64,000 nt of DNA from Myxococcales bacterium (GTDB taxonomy: Bacteria; Myxococcota_A; Bradymonadia; UBA7976; UBA1532): the NCBI GenBank assembly GCA_009692505.1, contig SHZC01000002.1:1581-65580 (forward strand), given 5' to 3'. The notes under the pieces are model-generated. The model worked only from the letters and a program-made list of their open reading frames with translations, was not told where the DNA came from and did no database searches. How positions within the stretch are numbered: the stretch's first letter is position 1; each line of letters opens with the position of its first letter. The position numbers and the translations under genes are program-made. Positions 34,486 to 44,485 of the stretch are shown here, in pieces.

Positions 34486-36042
34486 GTGTCCACTCCCGTC
34501 GAGCTCGGTGACCGCCCCCTCCGGCTGACTGACGTCTGGAACGTGGCAGCGGGTCGGGCGCAGGTCACGCTCTCGCCTCGGGCCTTGGCCCGTGTCGACG
34601 CCATTCGGGCCCATGTCGACGCGCTGCTCGCGACCGACGCGCCCAACACCTACGGCGTGAACACGGGTTTTGGCGCGCTGGCCGAGGTGCGGATCGAGGC
34701 GTCGAAGCTCGCTCAACTTCAGAAGAACCTGCTTCGCTCCCATGCGACGGGGCTCGGAGATCCCTTTCCCGTAGACGTAACGCGGGCCATGATGCTGCTT
34801 CGCGCCAACGTGCTCATGATCGGGACGAGCGGCACGCGGTCGGTGGTGCCCACGCTGCTCGTCGAGCTCCTCAATCGTGGGGTGCACCCCATCGTGCCGC
34901 AGAAGGGCTCGGTCGGCGCGTCGGGGGATCTCGCACCGCTCGCGCACCTCGCGTTGGTCCTCATCGGCGAGGGTGAGGCCGTGTTTGAAGGGCGGCGATG
35001 CAGCGGCGCCGAGGCGCTCTTGGCGGTCGGCCTCGCGCCGATCGTGCTCGCCCCGAAGGAGGGCCTCGCGCTCATCAACGGCACTCAGGCGATGACGGCC
35101 GACGCCGCGCTGGTGCTGGAGCGGGCCATAAACCTCTGCAAGGTCGCCGACATCACGGGCGCGCTCTCCCTGGAAGCACTCCTGGGTACGGCCCGGGCGT
35201 TTGACCCTCGCATTCACGCCGTGCGCCCGCACCCCGGTCAAGGCGCGTCGGCCCGCAACCTCGCGCGGCTCTGCGACGACAGCCCCCTCGCCTTGAGCCA
35301 TCGCGGCTGCGGCAAGGTTCAAGACCCTTACAGCCTCAGGTGTATGCCGCAGGTCCATGGGGCGTCGAGGGACGCGCTCGCGTACTGCGCCGCCGTCGTC
35401 GAGCGGGAGTGCAACGCGGCGACCGACAACCCCTTGGTGTTCGAGACGGACAGCGGCATCGAGCTCCTGTCCGGCGGGAACTTCCACGGTCAACCCGTAG
35501 CCTTCGCCGCCGACCACATGGCGCTCGCCTTGGCGGAGCTCGCGAACATCAGCGAGCGTCGCATCGAGCAGCTCGTGAACCCCGCGCTCTCCAGCGGCTT
35601 GCCCCCTTTTCTGTCGCCGGACAGCGGCCTCAACAGCGGCTTCATGATCGCGCAGGTGACCGCCGCGGCTTTGGTCAGCGAGAACAAGATCCTCGCGCAC
35701 CCGGCGAGCGTCGACAGCATCCCGTCGAGCGCGAACCGCGAAGACCACGTCTCTATGGGGACCATCGCCGCCCGCAAGGTCCGCATGATCTGCGAGCACG
35801 TCGAGGCGGTCTTGGGCATCGAGTTGCTCTGCGGCGCCCAAGGGCTGCACCTGCGCCGACCGCTGCGCTCGACCCCGGCCCTCGAGGCGGCATATGAGCG
35901 TCTGAGGCTCGAGGTGCCGCCCCTCGATGAGGACCGCCTGCTTCAGCCCGATCTCCTCGTCGCCTGTCGGCTCGTGCGCAGCGGTGAGCTCGTGGACGCG
36001 GTCGAGCGAGTCATCGGTAACCTCGAGGTCCCCCACTCCTGA
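34486..36042 (+). CDS. hutH: Histidine ammonia-lyase
   Basis: [15 protein letters not shown] carries the MIO-forming Ala-Ser-Gly. The layout is HAL over its full length. Confidence 0.95.
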   Translation: MSTPVELGDRPLRLTDVWNVAAGRAQVTLSPRALARVDAIRAHVDALLATDAPNTYGVNTGFGALAEVRIEASKLAQLQKNLLRSHATGLGDPFPVDVTRAMMLLRANVLMIGTSGTRSVVPTLLVELLNRGVHPIVPQKGSVGASGDLAPLAHLALVLIGEGEAVFEGRRCSGAEALLAVGLAPIVLAPKEGLALINGTQAMTADAALVLERAINLCKVADITGALSLEALLGTARAFDPRIHAVRPHPGQGASARNLARLCDDSPLALSHRGCGKVQDPYSLRCMPQVHGASRDALAYCAAVVERECNAATDNPLVFETDSGIELLSGGNFHGQPVAFAADHMALALAELANISERRIEQLVNPALSSGLPPFLSPDSGLNSGFMIAQVTAAALVSENKILAHPASVDSIPSSANREDHVSMGTIAARKVRMICEHVEAVLGIELLCGAQGLHLRRPLRSTPALEAAYERLRLEVPPLDEDRLLQPDLLVACRLVRSGELVDAVERVIGNLEVPHS

Positions 36043-36058
36043 CGCGGAGGTGCGCTCA

Positions 36059-37729
36059 GTGTCCACGATCCCCGGTAGCCGACCCGTCGCCGCCCGGCGC
36101 GGCACGGAGCTTCAGTGTCGCGGCTGGCAACAAGAAGCCGCGCTGCGGATGCTCATGAACAACCTCGATCCGGACGTGGCCGAGCGCCCCGACGAGCTGG
36201 TTGTCTATGGCGGAAGTGGTCGGGCGGCTCGATCGTGGGCGGACTTCGATCTGATCGTGGAGACGCTCATCCGGCTCGCCGACGATGAGACGATGCTCGT
36301 TCAGTCCGGCCGCGTGGTGGGTGTCTTTAGGACGCACGCCGACGCGCCGCGAGTGCTCCTCGCCAACTCCCTGCTCGTCCCGCACTGGGCGACCTGGGAG
36401 AACTTCTGGGCCCTCGAGCGGGCGGGCTTGACGATGTACGGCCAGATGACGGCCGGCTCGTGGATTTATATTGGGACGCAGGGGATCCTCCAGGGGACCT
36501 ACGAGACATTCGTCGCGGCGGCGCGTACGCATTATGGCCGCGAGGACCTCGCCGGGCGGATCGTGCTGACGGCCGGCCTCGGGGGCATGGGCGGGGCGCA
36601 GCCGCTCGCGGTGACGATGGCGGGCGGAGTCTGCCTCTGCATCGAGGTGGATGTCAGCCGCGCACGCCGACGGTTGGAGACCCGCTACCTCGACGAGCTC
36701 GCCCCGTCGCTCGAGGCGGGGATGACGCGCGTCCTGGCCGCGGCCAAGAGCGGAGAGGCGGTCTCAGTGGGCGTCGTCGCCAACGCTGCGGAGGCGTTCG
36801 CAGCACTCCACGCCAAAGGCTTCCGCCCCGATCTCGTCACCGACCAGACCTCCGCCCACGACCCCCTCGGCGGCTATGTCCCCGCGGGCCTCGACCTCCA
36901 AGCCGCCGCCTCGCTGCGGGTCTCGGACCCAACCGAGTACATCCGACGCGCCCACCTCAGCATGGCCGACCACGTCCGCGCGATGCTCGCCTTCAAGGCC
37001 ACGGGCGCGCATGTCTTCGACTACGGAAACAACCTCCGGCAGGGCGCGGTCACGGGGGGCTGCGCGAACGCCTTCGACTTTCCGGGCTTCGTGCCCGCGT
37101 ACATTCGGCCGCTCTTCTGCGAGGGCAAGGGACCCTTCCGCTGGGTCGCGCTGTCGGGGGATCCGGAGGACATTCGGACCACGGACCGCGCCATCGCGGC
37201 GGCGTTCCCCGAGGATGCAGCCCTCCAGCGATGGCTGAAGCTCGCCGCGGATCGTGTCCAGTTCCAGGGCCTGCCGGCGCGTATCTGCTGGCTGGGCTAC
37301 GGAGCCCGGGCGCGCGCCGGCGCCTTGTTCAACGAGTTGGTCCGCACGGGGCAGGTCAAGGCCCCCATCGTCATCGGCCGGGACCACCTGGACTGCGGCT
37401 CCGTCGCCAGCCCCAACCGCGAGACCGAGGCCATGCGCGACGGCTCCGACGCGATCGGCGACTGGCCCGTGCTCAACGCGCTGCTCAACACCGCCGCCGG
37501 GGCGACCTGGGTCAGCGTCCACCACGGCGGGGGCGTCGGCATCGGCTTCTCGCTGCACTCGGGGCAGGTGATCGTCGCCGATGGCACGGAGGCTGCGGCC
37601 CGTCGCATCGAGCGGGTCCTCACGGCCGATCCGGGCACGGGCGTGATGCGCCATGCCCACGCCGGGTATAGCGAGGCCATCGACTGTGCGCGCGAGACGG
37701 GGCTCGATTTGCCTGGCTTCGAGAAGTGA
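36059..37729 (+). CDS. hutU: Urocanate hydratase
   Basis: The start is set to GTG 36059, with GGAGG 7 nt upstream, rather than the ORF-track 35927, which overlaps hutH. Motifs: [29 protein letters not shown] and [10 protein letters not shown]. Confidence 0.95.
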   Translation: MSTIPGSRPVAARRGTELQCRGWQQEAALRMLMNNLDPDVAERPDELVVYGGSGRAARSWADFDLIVETLIRLADDETMLVQSGRVVGVFRTHADAPRVLLANSLLVPHWATWENFWALERAGLTMYGQMTAGSWIYIGTQGILQGTYETFVAAARTHYGREDLAGRIVLTAGLGGMGGAQPLAVTMAGGVCLCIEVDVSRARRRLETRYLDELAPSLEAGMTRVLAAAKSGEAVSVGVVANAAEAFAALHAKGFRPDLVTDQTSAHDPLGGYVPAGLDLQAAASLRVSDPTEYIRRAHLSMADHVRAMLAFKATGAHVFDYGNNLRQGAVTGGCANAFDFPGFVPAYIRPLFCEGKGPFRWVALSGDPEDIRTTDRAIAAAFPEDAALQRWLKLAADRVQFQGLPARICWLGYGARARAGALFNELVRTGQVKAPIVIGRDHLDCGSVASPNRETEAMRDGSDAIGDWPVLNALLNTAAGATWVSVHHGGGVGIGFSLHSGQVIVADGTEAAARRIERVLTADPGTGVMRHAHAGYSEAIDCARETGLDLPGFEK

Positions 37730-39000
37730 TCGAGGTTGGGGTTGGGGTCGGGTCCCCGCCGCTTGTTCTGACGGTGATCATCGAGAACGCCGGTGAGCTG
37801 TTCGGAATCGACGGCGTGATCCCTGGGTCCTGCGTCGGCATCATCGGGGACACGGTCGTCGCCTTGGGAGACCTCGGCGGCTTCGATACGCGCAGCGCCG
37901 TTCGCTTGGACGCGCGAGGGGGCCTCGTGACCGGCGGCCTCGTCGACGCCCACACCCACCTCGTCTTCGCCGGAGACCGCGCGGATGAACACGCCTTGCG
38001 CGCTCGTGGGGCCACTTATCTGGAGATCGCCGAGGGCGGGGGCGGCATCGCCAGCACCATGCGCCAGACGCGGGCTTGCCCTGTCGAGGTGCTCGTCCTT
38101 GAAGCGACGCGCCGCCTCGATCGCCTGCTCCTCGGGGGCGTGACGACCACCGAGATCAAGTCCGGCTACGGGCTCGACGCCCAGTCGGAGTTGAAGCTCC
38201 TGCACGCCATCAAGCGTCTCTCGGAGACGCATCCGATGGAGATCGTGCCCACGTTCCTGGGTGCCCATACGATCCCGCCGGAGCACCGCTCAAATCGGAC
38301 GCGATACGTCGATCTCGTCGTCGAGGAGATGTTGCCGGAGGTCGCCGAGGGCCGGCTCGCCCGCTTCTGCGATGTCTTCGTGGAGCGTGGGGCCTTCGAG
38401 CCGCAGGAGGCGGTCCGCATCCTCGGACGCGCCCGGTCGCTCGGCCTCGGCGTCAAGCTGCACGTCGACCAGCTCACCGCCGGCGGGGGTGCAGAGCTCG
38501 CCGCGCACTTGGGTGCCACGAGCGCGGACCACCTTGAGCACGTCTCCCCGGCGGGGATCACAGCGCTCGCCCGTGCCGGGACGGTCGCCGTCTTATTACC
38601 GGGGGCCGGCCTCTTCCTCGGGGAGGACGTTCGCCCGCCGGCCCGCGCCCTCCTCGACGCCGGGGTGCCCGTCGCCATCGCCACGGATTGCAATCCGGGC
38701 ACCTGCCCGTCGACGAACCTCGGCCTCATGATGACGCTCGCCGTCTCGCGCCTGCACATGCAGCCCGACGAGGCGTTGCGCGCGGTGACGTCGAGCGCCG
38801 CCCGAGCGCTGGACCTGCCGCCGCGGCTCGCTGGCTTGACGATCGGCGCCCAGGCCGACGTCGCGATTTTTGGAGTCCCCACTCATCGCCACCTGCCCTA
38901 TGCCTTCGGCGCGGATGTCACGCGGGCCGTGGTCAAGCGCGGAAAAATCCTCTTCGAAAGGGAGCCATGTCCGAGCTTCTCCTCGCTGACCACACGCTGA
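37726..39000 (+). CDS. hutI: Imidazolonepropionase
   Basis: ATGA overlap with hutU. Motifs [22 protein letters not shown] and HVDQL. Confidence 0.9.
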   Translation: MIEVGVGVGSPPLVLTVIIENAGELFGIDGVIPGSCVGIIGDTVVALGDLGGFDTRSAVRLDARGGLVTGGLVDAHTHLVFAGDRADEHALRARGATYLEIAEGGGGIASTMRQTRACPVEVLVLEATRRLDRLLLGGVTTTEIKSGYGLDAQSELKLLHAIKRLSETHPMEIVPTFLGAHTIPPEHRSNRTRYVDLVVEEMLPEVAEGRLARFCDVFVERGAFEPQEAVRILGRARSLGLGVKLHVDQLTAGGGAELAAHLGATSADHLEHVSPAGITALARAGTVAVLLPGAGLFLGEDVRPPARALLDAGVPVAIATDCNPGTCPSTNLGLMMTLAVSRLHMQPDEALRAVTSSAARALDLPPRLAGLTIGAQADVAIFGVPTHRHLPYAFGADVTRAVVKRGKILFEREPCPSFSSLTTR

Positions 39001-40292
39001 TCGACGGGCGTTTCGTTCGGGACGTCGCCGTGCTCGTCGGCGACGACGGCAAGATCACCGCCGTCGGGCCTGAGGTCTCGCTTCAAGTCCCCGATGGGAC
39101 CCCGCGGATCGCCCTGAGTCGCAAGGCGCTGCTGCCCGGCTGCGTCAACGCCCATAATCACAGCTTCCAGTCGCTCCTCCGAGGCATCGCCGACGACAAG
39201 GCCTTCCTCGTCTGGCGGGATCAGGCGTTGTACCGCTACGCGCCGCGGCTTGGACGAGAGGGCACCTACGTCGGCGCTCTGTTCGCGTTCGGCGAGATGC
39301 TCCTGCGTGGCGTGACGACCGTCTGCGATTTTTTCTACCTGCACGACGACAGCAATGACGGCGCTGAGGCGGTCATTCGGGCCGCTCGCGACGTCGGGAT
39401 TCGCCTCACGCTCGCCCGCACGATGTACGACTGGGACGGCGCGCCCAAGCTCTTCCGCGAGTCGGTCGCCGACGCGACGCGAAGGACCCGCGAGCTGCAC
39501 GCGGCCTATCGGGATCACCCGCTCGTGCGTGTCGTGCCCGCGCCCCACAGCCCCCACGCCGCGTCGAGCGAGATGGTGGTCGCGGGCGCGGCCCTCGCCG
39601 AAGAGCTCGACACTTTTTTCCACATGCACGTCGCCGAAGAGCGCTTCGAGGTCGAGGAGACGCTCGCGAACTACGGCCAGACCCCCGTGCGCTGGCTGGA
39701 GTCGCTCGGCGTCCTGTCGCCGCGGGCTTGCCTGGTCCACTGCTGCCACGTCGATCCGGGAGAGGTCGCGCTCATGGGCGAACAAGGCGTCAATCTCCTC
39801 TACAATCCCAACAGCAACATGTTCCTGGGCGACGGGATCACGCCGCTCACGGAGCTCCTGGAGGTCGGCGTTCGCGTCGCGCTGGGCACGGACGGCGGGT
39901 GCTCGAACAACCGCGTCAGCGTCTTCGACGAGATGCGCGCGGCGGCGCTCTTGCAAAAGGTTCGGCATCAGAACGGCACGGCCCTGGGCGCCGAGGCCGT
40001 CTTCGAGATGGGCACCCGCAACGGCGCGCTCTTGACGGGCTGGGACGCGGGCATCATCGCGCCGGGCCGACTCGCGGATCTCATCACCGTTGACCTCGAC
40101 GACCTCTCGACGCTGCCCCACCTCGACCTCCTGAAGAACGTGGTCTACAGCATGGAGTCGACGGCGCTGAGCGACGTTATGGTTGGCGGCCGTTGGGTGG
40201 TACAAGGCGGCATCTTGCAGACCATGAGCACCCGGGAGATCGGTCGCCGGGTCGCCGAGATCACGAGAGACTGGACCGTCGCAGGATCGTAG
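38967..40292 (+). CDS. Amidohydrolase of the chlorohydrolase/deaminase group, possibly formimidoylglutamate deiminase (HutF-like)
   Basis: ORF trimmed to ATG 38967 (GGGAG upstream). [16 protein letters not shown]..., LLPGCVNAHNHSFQSLLRG (HxH) and GTDGGCSNN. The HutF assignment rests on operon context only. Confidence 0.6.
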   Translation: MSELLLADHTLIDGRFVRDVAVLVGDDGKITAVGPEVSLQVPDGTPRIALSRKALLPGCVNAHNHSFQSLLRGIADDKAFLVWRDQALYRYAPRLGREGTYVGALFAFGEMLLRGVTTVCDFFYLHDDSNDGAEAVIRAARDVGIRLTLARTMYDWDGAPKLFRESVADATRRTRELHAAYRDHPLVRVVPAPHSPHAASSEMVVAGAALAEELDTFFHMHVAEERFEVEETLANYGQTPVRWLESLGVLSPRACLVHCCHVDPGEVALMGEQGVNLLYNPNSNMFLGDGITPLTELLEVGVRVALGTDGGCSNNRVSVFDEMRAAALLQKVRHQNGTALGAEAVFEMGTRNGALLTGWDAGIIAPGRLADLITVDLDDLSTLPHLDLLKNVVYSMESTALSDVMVGGRWVVQGGILQTMSTREIGRRVAEITRDWTVAGS

Positions 40293-40312
40293 CCCAAGGG
40301 GTCGTCCGCCTC

Positions 40313-41740
40313 ATGACCGTAGTTGAAAAAGGCAGCGTCGTCTGTCGCACCTGCGGGTTCGAGCGGGAGGCCTCATCGAACGTGCGCTGCCCGGTGGACG
40401 GCGCCGCGCTCGTGTCGAGGCAGCTCCTCGAAGACTGCCCCGATGATCCCATCCTCGGGCGGGTCATCGCCAACAAGTTCTGCGTCGTGGGCGTCATCGG
40501 CCGGGGCGGCTTTGGTGCCGTGTATCGCGCCATCCAGGAGCCCGTGGGCCGCGCCGTCGCGCTGAAGGTCATCAGCACCCTGACGTCGTCGAGCGAGCCA
40601 GACGCCTTGCGCGCGCGGTTCTTCCGCGAGGCGAAGGTCGTCGCGCAGCTTAAGGACCCCTGCACCGTCACGCTGTACGACTACGGCGAGGAGACCGACG
40701 GCCTCCTGTATATGGTCTTCGAGCTCATTGAGGGCGAGTCCCTTCTCCAGGTCGTGGCCCAGGGCCCCATGCCGGCGGTCCGCGTGGCCCCGCTCTTGAT
40801 GCAGGCGCTCGGGGCACTCTCTGAGGCGCACTCCATCGGCTGCGTGCACCGCGACTTGAAGCCAGCCAACCTCATGGTCGTGCGTGGCTCGCTCGGAGAA
40901 GAGACCGTCAAGGTGCTTGACTTTGGGATCGCCAAGCTCACCACGGCCGACGCCACGGAGGTCCACGATCCCGGGCTCGAGACTCGGGAGGGCACGGTGA
41001 TCGGCACGCCAAAGTACATGGCCCCAGAGCAGGCTCGTGCGCTCCCGGTCGACGCCCGGACCGACGTCTATGCCCTGGGGTGTCTGGCCTACACGATGTT
41101 GTCGGGCCGGCCCCCGTTCAACATGGCTAACGCGATGGACGTCCTCATGGCGCAGGTGCACGACGCGCCGCCCCCGTTTGATCCGGCCCTCCGCGTGCCG
41201 CCCGCCTTCTCGACGATCGTGATGAAGGCGCTGGAGAAGGACCCGGCCGCCCGATACGCCTCGGCCGGGGAGATGGCCCGGCCCATGATGGAGTTGGTCC
41301 GCGCCTTGACCGGCACGTTTGATCGCGTCGCCATCGAGGAGGTGGCCGCCCGCATGATGGGGGCGCAATCTCCGACATCGGCTGGGCCCTCGGGCCTCTC
41401 GGGCCTCTCGGGCGAATCAGGCCTCTCGGGCCTCTCGGGCCTCTCGGCCTTCGACGCGACGCACACGATGCAGGCGCTCTCGGGGTCAACGTCGAAGGAG
41501 TTTGCCGCGAGCCTCGAGCCGCGTCCCCCGGAGGCGATGCCCACGGACACGATCTCGGTGGCCGGCGCAATGACCCAACGGAGGTCGTTCGGCCCGGTGG
41601 TCGCGGCGGTCGCGGTCGCGGCCGGGGTCGCGTTCACGTTCGCTTGGCTTCGACCCGCCTCCGAGAGCGCAGGCGTCGCGTCCAGACAGCCACCAGCGGC
41701 ACAGAGCCCGAGCGGCGATCCGAAGGTCGAAAAACCGTAG
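40313..41740 (+). CDS. Ser/Thr protein kinase (active-type) with N-terminal zinc ribbon and C-terminal TM
   Basis: ORF trimmed to ATG 40313. CRTCGF...RCPVDG, GRGGFGAVY, AVALKVI, HRDLKPANLMV, DFGIAK, GTPKYMAPE. TM segment VVAAVAVAAGVAFTFAWL. Confidence 0.9.
   Translation: MTVVEKGSVVCRTCGFEREASSNVRCPVDGAALVSRQLLEDCPDDPILGRVIANKFCVVGVIGRGGFGAVYRAIQEPVGRAVALKVISTLTSSSEPDALRARFFREAKVVAQLKDPCTVTLYDYGEETDGLLYMVFELIEGESLLQVVAQGPMPAVRVAPLLMQALGALSEAHSIGCVHRDLKPANLMVVRGSLGEETVKVLDFGIAKLTTADATEVHDPGLETREGTVIGTPKYMAPEQARALPVDARTDVYALGCLAYTMLSGRPPFNMANAMDVLMAQVHDAPPPFDPALRVPPAFSTIVMKALEKDPAARYASAGEMARPMMELVRALTGTFDRVAIEEVAARMMGAQSPTSAGPSGLSGLSGESGLSGLSGLSAFDATHTMQALSGSTSKEFAASLEPRPPEAMPTDTISVAGAMTQRRSFGPVVAAVAVAAGVAFTFAWLRPASESAGVASRQPPAAQSPSGDPKVEKP
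41385..41448. repeat. Imperfect 9-bp tandem repeat (gggcctctc) coding SGLSGLSGESGLSGLSGLS
   Basis: Read directly inside the kinase CDS. Confidence 0.8.
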
Positions 41741-42102
41741 GGTCGAACGCGGCAGACCCGTTCTCCCAGGCACTGGCCTTGGCCGAGGCGGGCAACCTCG
41801 CCGCCGCCGGGGTCGTCGTCGCCAAACTCAAAGCAACGCTGAACGACGCCGGGGTCTCGGCGCTCCGCCTTCGGATTGAAGGCAGCCCCAAGCTGAGGCC
41901 GATCCTCGCTCGAATGGAGTGGCAGTCCACCGGGGTTTTTCAGATGGACGCCGGAGTCAAGCCGCCCCCTGCCCCGCTTGAGCCGATGTCCCTCCAGCCG
42001 CGCCTCGCGCCGTCGCTCGCAAGGGACCCTCGAGTCGTTCGTCAGCCCGCGAGCCCCCCGGCCGCGACCTCCTCTGAAAAACTTGATGTGCCGGAGTTCT
42101 GA
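41737..42102 (+). CDS. Coding-like ORF without a canonical start; possibly a lost C-terminal extension of the kinase
   Basis: This is the frame of ORF 41644..42102 downstream of the kinase stop. Third-position GC is very high and the text is TPR-like (DPFSQALALAEAGNLAAAG...). No ATG or GTG lies near the 5' end. It joins the kinase frame if the A5 run at 41730-41734 were A6. Confidence 0.3.
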   Translation, partial: VGSNAADPFSQALALAEAGNLAAAGVVVAKLKATLNDAGVSALRLRIEGSPKLRPILARMEWQSTGVFQMDAGVKPPPAPLEPMSLQPRLAPSLARDPRVVRQPASPPAATSSEKLDVPEF

Positions 42103-42106
42103 CCCG

Positions 42107-43117
42107 ATGAGAGCCTGAAGTGGCGGATGGCTCGCGGCTCGTCGTCTCGCGGCCCTCGCGGCCTTGGCTCTCACGCCGGTCGTGGCGTGGGCCCAAACCC
42201 AAGCCGTCGAGCCCGCGGTCGCCCCTGCCGTCGCCCCTGCCAGCGACCCCTCCATCGGCATGGCCCAGGCGGCGATTGATCAGGCGAGCGACCGCTTCCG
42301 GGCCGGGGACTTCGCCCTCGCGCTTGAGGCGCTCACCACCGCCGAGCCGTTGGCAGCCGCGTCCAACCAGCCGGCGCTCGCCGCGATCCGGTTCAACATC
42401 TCCCGCTGCCTCGAAGAGCTCAAGCGGCATCGAGAGGCCATCGCTGCCTATGAGCGGTACCTGCTGATGCCCGACGAGGAGCACCGGAAGAAGCGCGCCG
42501 TGGTCGCCATCGCGGCCCTCGAGGAGCGCACCTATGGACGCCTGAGCGTGAGCTGCCTGCCCCGGGAGGCGCGCTTGGAGATCACTGGGCTCAAAGGTCG
42601 TCAAGTCTCTTGTCCATTCGACTCGCGGCGCGTCGAGCCTGGCCCCCACCGCGTCTCGGTCTCAGCGATCGGTTTTGCGCCTCAGGCCCGCGACGTCCTC
42701 GTCGAGTTGGGCAAGACCGCGCACCTCGACGCCGTGCTTGTGCCCATCGCCCCGGAGGCCTCTACGCCGGTCGCCCTTGGCCCCGAAAGGCCCCTGTGGC
42801 CGTTCGCCGTGCTCAGCCTGGGGGTCGCCGCGCTCGGCGGGGGGGCCTACCTCACGGGGTCCGCCGCCGAACATCGCGACGACGCCGAGGGGCGACCGCC
42901 CGGCTCAGCCCGAAGTGCGGTGATCGACACCTACGAGACGCGTGAGACACTCTCGGTCGTCAGCTTCGGCGTGGGTCTCATCGCGCTGACCATCGGCGGC
43001 CTCGGCCTCGCACTGGAGCCCTCCGAAGGAGACGCTCGGCCAAACCGGCGGCGACGCCCAGGAGAGCTGTATAGCGGCCTGCGACGAGGGGCTTCGGACC
43101 CGGGGAACCGTGGGTGA
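42107..43117 (+). pseudogene. TPR/PEGA-domain membrane protein with an in-frame TGA at codon 4
   Basis: ATG 42107 (GGAG 10 nt upstream) reads M-R-A-TGA-SGGWLAARRLAALAALALTPVVAWAQ, a perfect signal peptide in the frame of ORF 42164..43117. PEGA-like segment: RLSVSCLPREARLEITG...HRVSVSAIGFAP...LVP. Two TM segments follow. Confidence 0.5.
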
Positions 43118-43861
43118 TCTCGATGGCAATACGCTCGACTGCCGCGTGACCCACGCGCGCCTCGCCGCCACGGAGCCGGCCCACTGCGCCGCCGCGGCCA
43201 TCGAGGGGATCGACGGCTGCGTCGATCGGACCTGCGACCTCTACTGTGCCCAAATGGCCAAGACGTGTCGCAGCGTATTCGCGGACGACGAGCAGGCCTG
43301 CCTGCGAACGTGCAAGACCTACCCCGACGACCCGGCCTCGGACCTCGCCACGTCGAATACGGTCGAGTGCCGAACCTACTTCGCCCGTCTCGCCGGACTC
43401 GAGACCCCGGAGGTCCACTGCCAGACCGCGGCGTCCACGGGTGGGGGGCAGTGTGGCAGCCCATGCGCGGCTTACTGCGATCAGGTGATGGCGAACTGCT
43501 CGGGGGACGCGCCGGTGTATGCCTCCCGAGAGGTCTGCGAGAACGTCTGCGCGTACCTGCCGGACGACGGCGCGTCCAACGATCACCTCACCGAGCTCAA
43601 CACCCTCCAGCGCCGCATCTACCACGCAGGTGCGCCCTCCGCCGTCGACCCCCCAAACACTGCCCCCACGCGACGATCTACAACGCGGCCCACTGTGGCC
43701 CGATCTGCGGGACCTACTGCGGCCTCATGCTTGAACACTGCCCGGGGACCTACGCGCCACGCGGCGGCGAGACGGCCTGCACGACGGACTGCGCGGCGCT
43801 CCTCGAGTCGAACACGCCGCTCTACCCGCTCGGGAACTCGACCGTCGAGTGTCTCCCCTGA
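43110..43861 (+). pseudogene. Cys-rich three-repeat extracytoplasmic domain, frame broken at a C6 run
   Basis: Frame 0 (ORF 43110..) carries repeats 1, 2 and half of 3. The rest continues in frame -1 (tail of ORF 43265..43861) after cccccc at 43649-43654. Frame 0 is already open from 42990 (..GGDAQESCIAACDEG..), overlapping the end of the PEGA gene. No signal peptide of its own. Confidence 0.5.
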
Positions 43862-43876
43862 GCTTCGAGGCGCTTC

Positions 43877-44485
43877 TCAGCCCGCGCGAGCCTTGAGCCA
43901 GACCTCACGCACGCGGGCCTCGGCCAAGCGACCCGGCTGGAACATCACGAGCTGCCCGTCCACGAGCCCCATGACGGTGCTCGCCTCCCCCGCTACGGGT
44001 CCACCGTCCACGAGGCCGTCCACCCCGAGGAGGCCGGCGAGTTGGCAATCGTCGACGGTCGCCGGGGCCGGTTCGCCGCTCCGATTGGCGCTCGTCGCCA
44101 CGAGCGGCTGACCCACGGCGACGACGATCCGCTGGGCGACAGGGTGGGCCGAGACCCGCACGCCGATCATATTGGTCTCGGCCGTCAGCGCGGCGCACAG
44201 CCCCGGATACGCCGGGACGACGAGCGTGAGTGGACCCGGCCAGAAGGCCTCTGCGAGGACCAGCAGCGGCGTCTCGGGGTCAAGGTGCTCCAGCGTGGCG
44301 ATCGACGGCAGCAGGAGCGGCAGAGGGCGCCCGCTGGGCCGGTGTTTGATGGCCATGAGACGAGCGACCGCTGCCGAGTCGGTGGCGATGCACATGAGCG
44401 CGTAGCTCGTCTCCGTGGGGACGATGACCACCCCCCCACACTTGAGCCGCGAGATGGCCGTCGCCTCGTCGAGGGCCGTGATCAC
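43877..44485 (-). CDS. tsaC: L-threonylcarbamoyladenylate synthase (YrdC/TsaC family)
   Basis: Motifs VVIVPTETSYALMC, KHRPSGRPLPLL, WPGPLTLVV, IGVRVSAHP and ATSANRSGEP. Confidence 0.85.
   Translation of the reverse strand: MITALDEATAISRLKCGGVVIVPTETSYALMCIATDSAAVARLMAIKHRPSGRPLPLLLPSIATLEHLDPETPLLVLAEAFWPGPLTLVVPAYPGLCAALTAETNMIGVRVSAHPVAQRIVVAVGQPLVATSANRSGEPAPATVDDCQLAGLLGVDGLVDGGPVAGEASTVMGLVDGQLVMFQPGRLAEARVREVWLKARAG

Noticed and set aside
33805-36105. A 766-aa minus-strand ORF, one of the longest in the track.
   Set aside because: It is antisense to hutH (MIO motif ASG present) and to the lipoprotein gene. Its composition is Arg/Gly/Asp-rich and unprotein-like.
42116-42118. The in-frame TGA as a selenocysteine or recoded codon.
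   Set aside because: Codon 4 of a signal peptide is an implausible site for Sec. I see no convincing SECIS-type hairpin immediately downstream, and TGA is used as a normal stop throughout the window. A nonsense mutation or a base-call error is simpler.
41089-42261. A 390-aa minus-strand ORF.
   Set aside because: It is antisense to the kinase 3' end and the coding-like extension. It has no motifs, and its composition is dominated by Arg/Gly/Ala.
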